The notes beneath the pieces are model-generated. The model did no database searches. It was not told where the DNA came from and saw only the letters and a list, made by a program, of their open reading frames with translations. Shown here one piece after another: positions 47,477 to 58,319 of a stretch of DNA of 64,000 bases. Position 1 is the first letter of the stretch. The number at the start of each line of letters is the position of its first letter. The position numbers were made by a program, and so were the translations under genes. Origin of the DNA: Terriglobia bacterium (GTDB taxonomy: Bacteria; Acidobacteriota; Terriglobia; Terriglobales; Acidobacteriaceae); the NCBI GenBank assembly GCA_963755365.1, contig CAVWJV010000012.1, positions 250,356 through 314,355 on the forward strand. The letters are read 5' to 3'.

Positions 47477-49465
47477 ATGGATTTCAGGATTGTTTCCGAC
47501 TACAAGCCCAAAGGAGACCAGGGCCGCGCCATTGAAGAGCTCTTGCACGGCACCTATGCCGGCGAGAAGCACCAGGTCCTGCTCGGTGTAACCGGATCGG
47601 GAAAGACCTACACCATGGCCAAGGTGATTGAAACGCTCAATCGTCCCGCCATCGTGCTGGCACACAACAAGACGCTGGCGGCGCAGCTCTATCACGAGTT
47701 CAAGCAATTCTTTCCCCAGAACGCCGTTGAATACTTCGTGTCGTATTACGACTACTACCAGCCGGAAGCCTACATTCCCGCCGGCGACGTCTACATCGAA
47801 AAAGAATCCACCATCAATGATGAGCTCGACAAGCTGCGGCTTTCGGCCACACGTTCTCTCTTCGAGCGCCGCGATTGCATCATTGTCGCGTCGGTGAGCT
47901 GCATCTATGGTCTGGGTTCCCCGGAAGCCTATTACGGCATGCTGCTGTTCCTGGAAAAGGGCCAAAAGATTGCCCGGCGCGACATCCTGAGCAAGCTGGT
48001 TGAAATTCTTTATGAACGCAATGACAGCGACTTCAAGCGCGGCACCTTCCGCGTGCGCGGCGACACCATTGAAGTTTTCCCCACATACGATGACAACGCG
48101 TACCGAATTGAGCTCTTTGGCGATGAGGTGGATTCCCTCTCCCAGATAGACCCGCTCTTCGGCACCGTGAAGCAAAAGTACACGCGTCTTCCCATCTATC
48201 CCAAGAGCCACTACGTGATGTCGAACACCACCAAGAACCAGGCCATCAACACCATCCTGGAAGAACTGGCATGGTGGGAGAAGGAACTGGAGAAGGAAGG
48301 GCGGCTGGTGGAATCACAGCGCGTACACCAGCGTACACGCTTCGACCTGGAGATGATGAAGTCTGTGGGCTATTGCCATGGCATTGAAAACTATTCGCGT
48401 CACTTTTCCGGGCGCCAACCCGGTGAGCCGCCGCCAACGCTGTTGGATTACGTTCCGCGAGACTTTGTCATGTTCATCGACGAATCCCACCAGACCGTGC
48501 CGCAGCTTCATGCCATGTGGCACGGCGACCGCTCACGCAAAGAGAACCTGATTCACTATGGCTTCCGCCTGCCCTCGGCGCTGGATAACCGCCCGCTGAA
48601 ATTTGAAGAGTTTGAAGAGCGCGCGAATCAGGTGGTCTATGTTTCTGCAACTCCCGGTCCTTATGAGCTCACAAAATCCGCCGGTGTGGTGGTGGAGCAG
48701 ATCATCCGGCCAACCGGCCTCATCGACCCTGATGTCGAGATCCGTCCGGTCAAAGGCCAGATTGATGACCTTCTGCATGAAATTCGCGATCGCGTCAGCA
48801 AGGGTGAGCGAGTCCTTGTCACCACGCTGACCAAACGCATGGCGGAAGACCTGGCCGAATACTACTCTGAGGTCGGCGTACGCTGCCGCTACATGCATTC
48901 GGAAATCGAAACGCTGGAGCGTATCAAGATCCTGCGCGATCTGCGCAAAGGCGAATATGACGTCCTGATCGGCATCAACCTGCTGCGCGAAGGATTGGAC
49001 CTGCCCGAGGTCTCTCTGGTCGCAATCCTTGACGCCGATAAAGAGGGCTTTCTTCGTTCAGGCGGCTCGTTGATCCAGACTATTGGCCGCTGCGCCCGGC
49101 ATCTGCACGGCCGCGCCATTCTCTACGCCGACCGTAAGACTGATTCCATGAAACGCGCCATCGACGAAACTGACCGCCGCCGTGCCATTCAACGTGCCTA
49201 CAACGAAGAACACGGCATCATCCCTCAGAGCATCATTCGTCCACTGTCGATGTCGCTGGCCGGCATTGCCGAATCTGACTACGTCGATCTTACGCAGCAA
49301 GCCGACGGCTTTCCGGAATTCAAGACCCAGGAAGAACTCGACATTTATATCGGCAATCTGGAAAGTGACATGCGCGAAGCCGCGAAGCGCTTTGAGTTCG
49401 AAAAAGCAGCCGCCTTGCGCGATACCGTTCGGGAGCTGCGGGCAAAAGAGTTTTTGTTTAGCTGA
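47477..49465 (+). CDS. uvrB: excinuclease ABC subunit B
   Basis: [22 protein letters not shown]...[10 protein letters not shown] (Walker A), the beta-hairpin region [10 protein letters not shown], helicase motifs, and the C-terminal UVR domain ([15 protein letters not shown]). Confidence 0.97.
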   Translation: MDFRIVSDYKPKGDQGRAIEELLHGTYAGEKHQVLLGVTGSGKTYTMAKVIETLNRPAIVLAHNKTLAAQLYHEFKQFFPQNAVEYFVSYYDYYQPEAYIPAGDVYIEKESTINDELDKLRLSATRSLFERRDCIIVASVSCIYGLGSPEAYYGMLLFLEKGQKIARRDILSKLVEILYERNDSDFKRGTFRVRGDTIEVFPTYDDNAYRIELFGDEVDSLSQIDPLFGTVKQKYTRLPIYPKSHYVMSNTTKNQAINTILEELAWWEKELEKEGRLVESQRVHQRTRFDLEMMKSVGYCHGIENYSRHFSGRQPGEPPPTLLDYVPRDFVMFIDESHQTVPQLHAMWHGDRSRKENLIHYGFRLPSALDNRPLKFEEFEERANQVVYVSATPGPYELTKSAGVVVEQIIRPTGLIDPDVEIRPVKGQIDDLLHEIRDRVSKGERVLVTTLTKRMAEDLAEYYSEVGVRCRYMHSEIETLERIKILRDLRKGEYDVLIGINLLREGLDLPEVSLVAILDADKEGFLRSGGSLIQTIGRCARHLHGRAILYADRKTDSMKRAIDETDRRRAIQRAYNEEHGIIPQSIIRPLSMSLAGIAESDYVDLTQQADGFPEFKTQEELDIYIGNLESDMREAAKRFEFEKAAALRDTVRELRAKEFLFS

Positions 49466-49506
49466 TCGGAATCGCACGAATTCCTGGTCACTCGGAAATC
49501 GCGTTC

Positions 49507-50088
49507 TTACTTTTCCAAAGATTTGTGCTGCGATGTTCTATCAGCCTTTTTCTTGTTATTTCCAGGATTCGCGGCTGCCGCTGTTCCGGTCATTTCTGCC
49601 AAGCGCTTTTCCAGATCGGTCTTCTTCAATGCGCCTTCAACTTTGCCGGCGATCTCTCCCTTGCTATCGATAAAGAGCGTGGTCGGCAGGGCGTCGCCCA
49701 GTTTCCAGTCAGACAGGTCGAGTACGGTCGGGCCCACCAATAACGTCAGATCGTCCGCTTCGTGTTTGTGCAGGAACGGCTGGAGTTTGGCGCGGTCCAG
49801 CTCATCGTCCACAGAAACGGCCAGAACAATGATCTTATCTTGATAGCGTTTCTGCATCTGGCCAAGCATCGGCATTTCCGTGGTGCAGGGGACACAATAG
49901 GTCGCCCAGAAATTCAGCACCACTACTTTGCCTTTGTATTCGTCCAGCGTGTGATGGCCGCCCTTTAAGTCCAGCAGATCCATTTTTGGAAGTGCGGAAG
50001 CTGGCGTCGGGGTAGAAGCAGGAGCCTGGGCAAAGGCAACAGCGGCAAAAGCTATGGTCACCATGAAGTTTGCAAACAGCATCCGCAT
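49507..50088 (-). CDS. TlpA-family thiol:disulfide oxidoreductase (redoxin), secreted
   Basis: The signal peptide is MRMLFANFMVTIAFAAVAFAQA. The active site is FWATYCVPC. Confidence 0.85.
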   Translation of the reverse strand: MRMLFANFMVTIAFAAVAFAQAPASTPTPASALPKMDLLDLKGGHHTLDEYKGKVVVLNFWATYCVPCTTEMPMLGQMQKRYQDKIIVLAVSVDDELDRAKLQPFLHKHEADDLTLLVGPTVLDLSDWKLGDALPTTLFIDSKGEIAGKVEGALKKTDLEKRLAEMTGTAAAANPGNNKKKADRTSQHKSLEK

Positions 50089-50176
50089 GATTGCCAATAT
50101 ATCAGGGTATTCGGGGATTTGATCCTCGTCTAAACACACTACTGAGGGGTAGAATTCCTTTTAAGAGGGCAGGTCC

Positions 50177-50431
50177 ATGAAACGTAGACTTGGTTTATGG
50201 GCATTGATGGGTTTGGCGGTGGCGTGCTGCTGGTTCTTCATCAGCTTAATACTCCCACCTGCATACATGTACAACCTGGGCCACTCAAGCATTGTCGCGA
50301 TCACTGCACCGGCGTCCCTGCTGGGACGAGCTATGCCGTTGAAGTACTACTGGTTCATTCTGCTCAACGGTGTGGCCTATGCGCTATTGGGGCTGGCATC
50401 TGAGTTATTCCGGCCTGCACGAGCCAGATAG
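50177..50431 (+). CDS. small membrane protein
   Basis: The 84-aa ORF has three hydrophobic helices. Confidence 0.5.
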   Translation: MKRRLGLWALMGLAVACCWFFISLILPPAYMYNLGHSSIVAITAPASLLGRAMPLKYYWFILLNGVAYALLGLASELFRPARAR

Positions 50432-50523
50432 TTTAAAATCGCAGCTCGGTTAAACCGATGTTTCTGCGACGAAACGCACCAACAATTGCGATATGCGGTA
50501 ACGGCGAAGGGTCCTGCTGACCC

Positions 50524-52509
50524 ATGTTTCTCGCCTGCGTTCTTCTCATCATTGCTACCCTCAGCGGTGTTCTCCTGACCTTCCTTTTCGATCGCACGGC
50601 GCCCTTATCCGCGCGTCTCTGCCTCGGAGCCCCGATAGGATTGGCGATTCTGGCCTGGACAGGATTTCTTTTCTCCCTGGCTTTCGGCATGTCTGCCGCT
50701 TCACTCGCTCTGGCGACCGTGGTCACCGGCTTACCCGCCCTCGTTTTGCTGAATCCCGGTTATCGCACAAGGGTATCGATGAGCCTGAGCGTCGCGAGAG
50801 AGAAGGTGGGTTCAGCGTTACGTTCTCGCGATCGCGCCACCATTGCCGCGATCTTCTTCTACGTAAGCCTCACGATTATCCTGGGTCTGATATTTGGCCG
50901 GGCAGCGTTTGAGAGATCCGGTGCTATCTACACCGGCGTCATGAATAACCTTGGCGATCTTCCGCTGCACCTGCAGGTGATCGCCAGCTTTGCCCAGGGC
51001 AATAACTTCCCTCCGCAGGACCCCACCTTTGCCGGAGCGCGCTTTGCTTACCCTTTTTTATGCGATTTGCTCACTGCCATGCTGGTTCGCGCGGGTGCAG
51101 ACGTGATCTCCGCCATGTGGCTGCAGAACATGGCATTGGCGCTCTCCTTCACGGGGCTCATGCATTACTGGACATGGCGGCTCACACGCAGCCGTCTTGC
51201 CGGCTTGATCGCGCCGCTGCTGGTCCTCTTCAGCGGAGGCCTGGGATGGACCTGGGTAATGATGGAGTTGCACAACAGTGACGGCGGATTGCCAACTCTG
51301 CTCGGCAACCTGACCCACGACTACACCATCGGGATGAGCCCGCTGTTTCGTTGGGGAAATTCCATCACAACTTTGTTCGTTCCCCAGCGCAGCATTCTCT
51401 TCGGTATGCCGTTGGCCATCGTGATCTTCTGCCAGTGGTGGAACGCGATCAGCGCAAGTGGCGCGGAGGAGAAAAAATCCCCAGCTCCTGAAACCGGGTC
51501 CATCGCCGCACGCAACCAATTGCTTTCCGCCGGCTTGATTGCCGGCATGCTGCCGCTGATTCACGCGCACACCTTCCTGGTAGTCATGGGAGTCGGCGCC
51601 TGTCTTGCGCTGCTGTTTCGGTCTCTATGGCGGGAATGGCTAGGTTTCTTTATTGCCGCTTCAGTCCTGGCGCTGCCGCAGGTGCTCTGGCTTTCCAGTA
51701 GTGGAACTATCCAGACACAGAGCTATCTCGGGTGGCACTTTGGCTGGGACCATGGTGATTCCAACGTTCTCTGGTTCTGGTTCGTCAATACCGGCTTTTT
51801 CATTCCGTTATTGTTGGCAGCGTTCTTGTGGCGCAGCCGGCGATTCGCAATTCCGCGCAACCTGCGGCTCTTCTATGTTCCGTTTCTATTTTGTTTCCTG
51901 GTGCCAAACCTGATCAAAGTTGCACCCTGGGTGTGGGACAACATCAAAGTTCTTTATTACTGGTATATCGCTTCCGTCCCACTGGTGGCATGGCTGCTGG
52001 CGTACGCTCTGGAACAAAGGCAACAAAGATTGTGGTGGCGATGGGCTGCCGCGGGACTGCTGGCATCGATGATTCTTTCCGGCATGCTGGATGTTCTGCG
52101 CGTGGTGGAAGAAGCGTCTGAGTATCAGGAGTTTGACAGCGCGAGTGTTGAGATGGCGAATTATATACAGGAACACACGCCGCCGCATGCTGTGGTGCTT
52201 CATGTTCCCACGTACAGCACGCCGGTTTTTCTCACCGGCAGGCGATCATTACTTGGCTATGAAGGATGGATGTGGTCAAGAGGCCTGCAATATCCGGAGC
52301 GGGCTGCCGACATACAAAGCATTTATTCGGGCAGCGCTGACGCGGAGAGGCTTCTGAAGCAATATCATATTGGATATGTTTTGCTGGGTCCCGGCGAAAT
52401 CGCAACCGGCAAGGTGAATGAATCGTTCTGGGCACAGCAGCACATGGCCGCACAGTTTGGCCCATATCGTTTGTATCAGAGCACAGTCGAGGAAAGGAAC
52501 AATCAATGA
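50524..52509 (+). CDS. large polytopic membrane protein (possible GT-C-fold glycosyltransferase)
   Basis: The 661-aa ORF has more than 12 TM helices and a conserved loop, NNLGDLPLHLQVIASFAQGNNFPPQDPTFAG. Its stop overlaps the pfk start (ATGA). The functional assignment is tentative. Confidence 0.7.
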   Translation: MFLACVLLIIATLSGVLLTFLFDRTAPLSARLCLGAPIGLAILAWTGFLFSLAFGMSAASLALATVVTGLPALVLLNPGYRTRVSMSLSVAREKVGSALRSRDRATIAAIFFYVSLTIILGLIFGRAAFERSGAIYTGVMNNLGDLPLHLQVIASFAQGNNFPPQDPTFAGARFAYPFLCDLLTAMLVRAGADVISAMWLQNMALALSFTGLMHYWTWRLTRSRLAGLIAPLLVLFSGGLGWTWVMMELHNSDGGLPTLLGNLTHDYTIGMSPLFRWGNSITTLFVPQRSILFGMPLAIVIFCQWWNAISASGAEEKKSPAPETGSIAARNQLLSAGLIAGMLPLIHAHTFLVVMGVGACLALLFRSLWREWLGFFIAASVLALPQVLWLSSSGTIQTQSYLGWHFGWDHGDSNVLWFWFVNTGFFIPLLLAAFLWRSRRFAIPRNLRLFYVPFLFCFLVPNLIKVAPWVWDNIKVLYYWYIASVPLVAWLLAYALEQRQQRLWWRWAAAGLLASMILSGMLDVLRVVEEASEYQEFDSASVEMANYIQEHTPPHAVVLHVPTYSTPVFLTGRRSLLGYEGWMWSRGLQYPERAADIQSIYSGSADAERLLKQYHIGYVLLGPGEIATGKVNESFWAQQHMAAQFGPYRLYQSTVEERNNQ

Positions 52510-53561
52510 AGATCGGCATACTCACCGGCGGAGGTGATTGCCCGGGATTGAACGCAGTCATACGGGCCATTGTTCGTAAAGGCATCTTCCACTACAACGA
52601 CCAGTTCGTCGGGTTCCTGGAAGGCTGGCGCGGCGTGCTGGAGAACAACACGATTGCGCTGGACCTGAAGGCCGTTACTGGAATCCTTCACCGTGGTGGC
52701 ACCATTCTTCGCACTTCACGCACCAACCCGGCCAAGAAAGAAGGCGGGCTGGAAAAAGCCATGGAGACGCTGAAGAAAAATAACCTTGACGCCCTGATCG
52801 CGCTGGGTGGCGACGACACGCAGTCCGTCTCATTGAAGCTCTTCCAGAATGGCATAAAAGTGGTGGCCGTGCCCAAGACGATCGACAATGACCTCAGCGG
52901 CACGGATCTTTGTTTCGGCTTTGATACCGCCGTGAGCATTGCTACGGAAGCCATTGACCGTGTGCACTCCACGGCGGAAGCGCACAATCGCGTGATTGTG
53001 GTTGAGGTCATGGGACGCGATTCAGGCTGGATCGCCCTTTACAGTGGCATTGCCGGTGGCGCAGACGTGATCCTGATCCCGGAGCGCCCCTTCCACCTCG
53101 ACGAAGTTGCTGACACACTGAAGCGTCGCCATGATCGCGGAACATTCTTCAGCATCGTCGTGATCGCCGAGGGTGCCAAGCTGGCCGATAAAGTCATATC
53201 TGACGAGAAGGGTAAACTCGATGAGTTCGGCCACGTACGCCTGGGTGGAATCGGAGTTTCTCTGGCAGCGGAGATCGAAGCTCGCACTGGATTCGAAACA
53301 CGATCGGTCTTACTGGGGCACACACAGCGTGGCGGAACGCCAACTGCGTTTGATCGTATGCTGGCGACGCGCTACGGCGTAGGCGCGATTGATCTGGTGC
53401 ACAAAGGAACGTTCGGTCACATGGTGGCGTTGAAAGGCACGGTGATTTCTTCTGTGCCGATTGCTGACGCCATCTCGAAAAATCGCACCGTTCCCCAGGA
53501 CCTGGTCGACGTGGCCTGGAGCCTGAGCGACAAGCAGACGGAGGACGCGATCACCCGCTAG
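52506..53561 (+). CDS. 6-phosphofructokinase (signature residues of the PPi-dependent type)
   Basis: MKIGILTGGGDCPGLNAVIRAIV, GGDDT, PKTIDNDL and MGRDSG motifs are present. Confidence 0.92.
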   Translation: MKIGILTGGGDCPGLNAVIRAIVRKGIFHYNDQFVGFLEGWRGVLENNTIALDLKAVTGILHRGGTILRTSRTNPAKKEGGLEKAMETLKKNNLDALIALGGDDTQSVSLKLFQNGIKVVAVPKTIDNDLSGTDLCFGFDTAVSIATEAIDRVHSTAEAHNRVIVVEVMGRDSGWIALYSGIAGGADVILIPERPFHLDEVADTLKRRHDRGTFFSIVVIAEGAKLADKVISDEKGKLDEFGHVRLGGIGVSLAAEIEARTGFETRSVLLGHTQRGGTPTAFDRMLATRYGVGAIDLVHKGTFGHMVALKGTVISSVPIADAISKNRTVPQDLVDVAWSLSDKQTEDAITR

Positions 53562-53582
53562 CCCGTATGTCGGGCGCTCACA

Positions 53583-55277
53583 ATGGCACGCACTCCTGAA
53601 AAACCTGCGGCGAAAAGCTCACGCAAGCCGAGACCGAACGACCGGGCCGCGGCCCGCTCTGGTCGTTCATCCGCTCGCGGACAGAGTGGTCTTGAGCCAG
53701 GTCACCTTGATCAACGCAGGCTGGGACCACTGACCTTGTGGCAGGTTGCGGCGTTGCTCATTCTGTTTGTGGCAGCCGTACTGCGGCTATACCTGCTCAC
53801 CGATAAAGTCTTCCACCACGATGAAGGCGTGAATGGAAACTTCATGGTGTCACTGTTCCGTAACGGTTATTACCATTACGATCCTGCCAACTATCACGGC
53901 CCCACCCTCTATTACGCCGCGCTTCTTACAACTTCCATCGCCAGTTTCTTTGCCGGTAAAGCCGGGCTGAATGATTTCACGCTACGTATTGTCACTGTGA
54001 TCTTCGGTATGGGCGTGGTGTGGCTTCTGCTCGGCATGAAAAAGTGGCTGGGGAGCTTTGGCTCACTGTCTGCTGCGGCTCTTGCCACCGTTTCTGCCGG
54101 ATTCGTCTTCTTCTCGCGCTATTTCATCCACGAAATTCTTTTTGTCTTTTTTACGCTGGGCGTAGTGGTGGCATGGCTCAGGTTTTTCGAGACACGGCGT
54201 CCGCGGTACCTGGCGCTGGCCGCAGCCTCGCTCGGATTGCTGGGCGCGACGAAGGAAACGTGGATCATTACAGTGGGCGTCTGGCTGATTGCGATTCCGT
54301 GCACCTGGCTTTGGATGAAGCTGCGCGGACGCGGCACTGCAGGCTTCTGGTCGCTTGAAAATAGTGCGGCTGGATTGGCTCCGCAATCAGACCAGGGAAT
54401 TCCGGAATCTGACCGGGCGAAGCCATGGAGTAATATCCGGCTTGCGGTTCTGGCAGCCTCGGTGTTTGTCGCGGTCTGGGTCATTCTCTATTCGTCTTTC
54501 TTCACCAATTTTCCCCAGGGTGTGATTGATTCGCTTACCACTTATACGATCTGGACCAAAACCAGCTCCGCGGCCAACGTTTATGACTGGACCAGGTACT
54601 TTGAGTGGCTGGGTCGGGCAGAGCTTCCGATTTTAATTTTAGGTTTCTGTGGAATTGTCACCGCGCTGGCGCAGGCACGCAGCCGTTTCACGGTTTTCGT
54701 GGCGTTCTGGGCGATGGGGATCTTTGCGGCGTACTCACTGATCCCGTATAAAACGCCATGGCTGCAGTTAAGTATCATTCTGCCGTTTGTAATCATCTCG
54801 GGCTATCTTTTCGAACAGCTAGGCAGCCGCCGGTCATTCATAGTGACCGCGAGAGTGGCCGCGTATATTGTCCTGGCCATCGCAACGATTGTAGAGACAG
54901 CCCAGGCTGTCGAGATCAGCTTGTACCGCTATGATGACGGCAGTCAGGCTTACAGCTATGCCCATACCAGTCGTGACTTCCTCAATCTGGTCCATGAGGT
55001 CGAAAAGATTGCGGCGGGCAATCCAGCGGGAAAAGACATTGGAATTACTGAGATGTCTCCGGAGTACTGGCCCATGCCCTGGTATCTGCGCGATTACGGC
55101 CACACGGGATACTGGGGACATATCGAGGCCACCAATGAGCCCATCATCATCGCCCATCAATCGCAGAAGGCGCAGATACAGGAACAGTTCGGCGACCGGT
55201 ACCGCCTGATCGGCGAATATGATCTGCGTCCCGGAAACAGGCTGTTTCTTTATTTGCGCAGAGACCTGCAGCCGTAA
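53583..55277 (+). CDS. polytopic membrane protein, GT39/ArnT-like (TIGR03663-like)
   Basis: LRLYLLTDKVFHHDEGVNGNFMVSLFRNGYYHYDPANYHGPTLYY is followed by more than 10 TM helices and a C-terminal soluble domain. Confidence 0.7.
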   Translation: MARTPEKPAAKSSRKPRPNDRAAARSGRSSARGQSGLEPGHLDQRRLGPLTLWQVAALLILFVAAVLRLYLLTDKVFHHDEGVNGNFMVSLFRNGYYHYDPANYHGPTLYYAALLTTSIASFFAGKAGLNDFTLRIVTVIFGMGVVWLLLGMKKWLGSFGSLSAAALATVSAGFVFFSRYFIHEILFVFFTLGVVVAWLRFFETRRPRYLALAAASLGLLGATKETWIITVGVWLIAIPCTWLWMKLRGRGTAGFWSLENSAAGLAPQSDQGIPESDRAKPWSNIRLAVLAASVFVAVWVILYSSFFTNFPQGVIDSLTTYTIWTKTSSAANVYDWTRYFEWLGRAELPILILGFCGIVTALAQARSRFTVFVAFWAMGIFAAYSLIPYKTPWLQLSIILPFVIISGYLFEQLGSRRSFIVTARVAAYIVLAIATIVETAQAVEISLYRYDDGSQAYSYAHTSRDFLNLVHEVEKIAAGNPAGKDIGITEMSPEYWPMPWYLRDYGHTGYWGHIEATNEPIIIAHQSQKAQIQEQFGDRYRLIGEYDLRPGNRLFLYLRRDLQP

Positions 55278-55536
55278 CCAGATCCACTTCGCATTATCTC
55301 GGACTCTCTTTTTCACACAAAGCGGCATCCTTACTTGATTCAGTCTTTCGGCGCCAGGGACGCCATTAACCTGTGTCATGTTGAGCGCAGAGCCGCGCGA
55401 AACTTCGCGGCTCGGAGTCGAAACATCCCGAGGATGTTGATCCAGCGATGCAGATTGAAGGCGTTCTCTCGAGGAGTGTTTACGTCACGCCGTGCATCTT
55501 TTCCAGAAATTCCCTGTGGCTGCATCGTTACAACAC

Positions 55537-55596
55537 GAATTCTCGGGATCTTTCGACTGCGTCGTCGCCTGCGCGCCGACTCCGCTCAAGATGACA
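55537..55596 (-). repeat. 60-nt intergenic repeat, family C (reverse-complement copy)
   Basis: The reverse complement reads tgtcatcttgagcggagtcggcgcgcaggcgacgacgcagtcgaaagatcccgagaattc. Confidence 0.8.
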
Positions 55597-55732
55597 CAGG
55601 GGTAGGGCATTTTCCAAAACTGCGCCCTTCGTACTCCTTGAGAATGAGCGCGGAGACTTACTCCGTAATTTGAGTTCGTCCCTTCGATCAAGACAAAGCT
55701 ATTCTTCTTCATCCCGACTATAATTCTGTTCC

Positions 55733-58159
55733 ATGACCTCCCTCATGCAAGACCTTCGTTATGGCGTTCGCATGCTTTTAAAGAACCCTGGGTTCAGCCT
55801 GGCCGCAATCATCACGCTGGCCCTTGGCATTGGGGGTAACACGTCAATATTCACCATCACCAGTGCTCTACTGCTGAAGCCATTGCCCTACCAGGATCCG
55901 CAACGGCTGGTGGAAATTGATATGCAGCGTAAAGATGAGGGTCGCGCCAATCCGGGAGGATTTTCCCTTGGCCGCTACGAGATGATTCGCGATCATGCGC
56001 ATTCATTTACCGGGATTGCCGTAGCTGCCAATGACACCATGAATCTGACGGGCAACGGCGAACCTCAGCAAGTCTCCATCATGCGTGTTACGGGGAATTT
56101 CTTTGATCTGCTGGGAGTAACGCCGCAGCTTGGCCGGACCTTTGCCGGTGATGACGATCATCCTGAGGGCAAACCCGTGGTGATCATCTCGGATGCGCTG
56201 TGGCACAAGCGATACGGAGGCAATCCCGCCATCATCGGCCAGACCATTAATCTGGATTCGTTGCCTTACACCATCGTTGGCGTTTTGCGCACGAATAGCC
56301 AATTTCCCTTTGCGGGTCCCGCAGATGTCTGGTCGCCGCGCTACTTCGAACATACCCTCATGCCAACAGCACGTTTGCGCATGGGCGTGGGCTACCTCAC
56401 AGCCATTGCGCGATTGAAACCGGAGTCAACCGTAAAGTCAGCCAAGGCGGAGATGGATGTCCTGAGCCAGCAATACAGCCAGGAGAACCCTAAAGCTCCG
56501 GACCAGGGCCCAAATATGTCCGCGGTCGTGAATGATTTGCAGGAACAGACGGTGGCCAACATCCGTCCAGGATTGCTGGTGCTTTCCGGCGCTGTAGGCT
56601 TTGTGCTGCTGATTGCCTGCGCCAATGTGGCCAGTCTTTTGCTTTCGCGTGCGCTGGCGCGGCGCAAGGAGATTGCAGTGCGCACAGCGTTGGGCGCCCA
56701 GCGCGGGGCCATCATTCGCCAATTGCTGACGGAGAGTGTGATTCTGGCTTTCGCCGGAGGCCTGGTCGGCCTTGGCCTGAGTTATATCGCAACACATTAT
56801 CTCGCCACACTGGGTGCTGAGAACCTGCCTCAGGGTATTGCACTTACCGTGGATGGCCGTGTGCTTTTGTTCATGCTCGGCATTTCCCTGCTCACCGGAC
56901 TGTTGTTTGGAATCTTCCCGGCCTTGCAGCTTGCGCAAACGAATGTAATTGAGACCCTTCGGGACGAAGGCCGCGGTTCAACTGGCGGGCACCGCCGCAC
57001 CGAGCTGAAGAGCCTCCTGGTGATCGGACAGGTGGCCATCTCTATGCTGCTGCTGGTAGGCGCCGGCTTGCTGGTGCGTAGTTTCTCACGCTTGTTGAAT
57101 GTTGATCCGGGCTTTGATCCGCAGCATGTGATCACCATGAACCTCTCATTGCCCTCGGTGAAGTATTCCAAGCCTGAACAACAGATTGCCCTGTTTGACG
57201 ACGTTCTCCGCCGCGTATCAGCGCTGCCAGGCGTTCAGTCTGCTGCTGTGTCGGCTGCTCTGCCGCTGACGCCCAAGCGACTCACGCCGATCTTGCCGGA
57301 CGGTATGCCGGAAAAGCCGCTGGCAGAACGCCCTTTCATCATTATTGAAGCCATCAGTCCGGGCTGGTTCTCCACCTTGCATGTTCCCATGCACAGCGGT
57401 CGCGACTTCACGCCGGCAGACAAAATCGGTTCGCCCAACGTGGTCATCATCAATGAGGCTCTGGCCCGCCGCTTCTTTCCCAATCAAAATCCCATTGGCC
57501 GGCACATTGTAATGGGCCGGCAGCCGGCTTCGGAGATCGTTGGCGTGGCCGGAGACGTGAAGAATTCAGGGCTGGCACAGGACCCGCAAGTACAGCTGTA
57601 TTTTCCTTTCGCGCAGCTCCCCTGGGGCAACATGAATTTGCTGGTACGGACAGCGGGTGATCCTCACAACATGGTCTCCAGCATTCGTGCGCAGATTTCC
57701 GAGGCCGATTCTGACCAGCCGGTCACCGATATTCGCACCGTGGAAGAGTTAATGGATAACTCGCGCACGCAGCCACGCTTTGCCATGTTTCTCTTGAGCA
57801 TGTTCTCGGCGACAGCTTTAGTCCTGGCTGTGGTGGGAATCTACGGCGTGCTCGCCTACTCAGTTGCCCAACGGCGGCAGGAACTGGGAGTGCGGATGGC
57901 GCTGGGCGCAAAGAAATCAGATATTCTGAAGCTGGTAGTTCGCCAGGGAATTCAGCTCACGGCCATCGGAGTGTTGATCGGGCTTATCGCAGCAGCAGCA
58001 GTTACGCGACTGATGTCCAGCCTGCTCTATCAAATTGGCGCGTGGGATGCGGCTACTTTCCTCATTGCACCGTTGATTTTTTTGTTGATCGGATCAGTGG
58101 CCAGTTACCTGCCAGCACGGCGAGCGATCACTGTAGATCCAACCGAAGCATTGCGTTGA
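55733..58159 (+). CDS. ABC transporter permease, MacB-like with duplicated FtsX modules (ADOP family)
   Basis: The 808-aa ORF starts with LRYGVRMLLKNPGFSLAAIITLALGIGGNT. It contains two MacB-periplasmic-domain + 4-TM units and ends ...PARRAITVDPTEALR. Confidence 0.92.
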   Translation: MTSLMQDLRYGVRMLLKNPGFSLAAIITLALGIGGNTSIFTITSALLLKPLPYQDPQRLVEIDMQRKDEGRANPGGFSLGRYEMIRDHAHSFTGIAVAANDTMNLTGNGEPQQVSIMRVTGNFFDLLGVTPQLGRTFAGDDDHPEGKPVVIISDALWHKRYGGNPAIIGQTINLDSLPYTIVGVLRTNSQFPFAGPADVWSPRYFEHTLMPTARLRMGVGYLTAIARLKPESTVKSAKAEMDVLSQQYSQENPKAPDQGPNMSAVVNDLQEQTVANIRPGLLVLSGAVGFVLLIACANVASLLLSRALARRKEIAVRTALGAQRGAIIRQLLTESVILAFAGGLVGLGLSYIATHYLATLGAENLPQGIALTVDGRVLLFMLGISLLTGLLFGIFPALQLAQTNVIETLRDEGRGSTGGHRRTELKSLLVIGQVAISMLLLVGAGLLVRSFSRLLNVDPGFDPQHVITMNLSLPSVKYSKPEQQIALFDDVLRRVSALPGVQSAAVSAALPLTPKRLTPILPDGMPEKPLAERPFIIIEAISPGWFSTLHVPMHSGRDFTPADKIGSPNVVIINEALARRFFPNQNPIGRHIVMGRQPASEIVGVAGDVKNSGLAQDPQVQLYFPFAQLPWGNMNLLVRTAGDPHNMVSSIRAQISEADSDQPVTDIRTVEELMDNSRTQPRFAMFLLSMFSATALVLAVVGIYGVLAYSVAQRRQELGVRMALGAKKSDILKLVVRQGIQLTAIGVLIGLIAAAAVTRLMSSLLYQIGAWDAATFLIAPLIFLLIGSVASYLPARRAITVDPTEALR

Positions 58160-58319
58160 TTAACTTTTTGTTTCCACAGTCACTGAGCGGAGTTAGGGAT
58201 AAACGCGACTGAAGCAAGTCAGATAATGCTGCCGAGTGTTCCGTCGAATTTGCAGGAGCGTTGACGGTAGGATCTTGTCTGTTGGGATTGAAAGACGTAG
58301 ACAAACGAAATGAGGCTGA

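Noticed and set aside
47342-48211. 289-aa ORF on the minus strand
   Set aside because: It lies entirely antisense to uvrB, whose identity is unambiguous. Its composition (VV/GG/AL-rich) is typical of an antisense shadow of a GC-rich gene.
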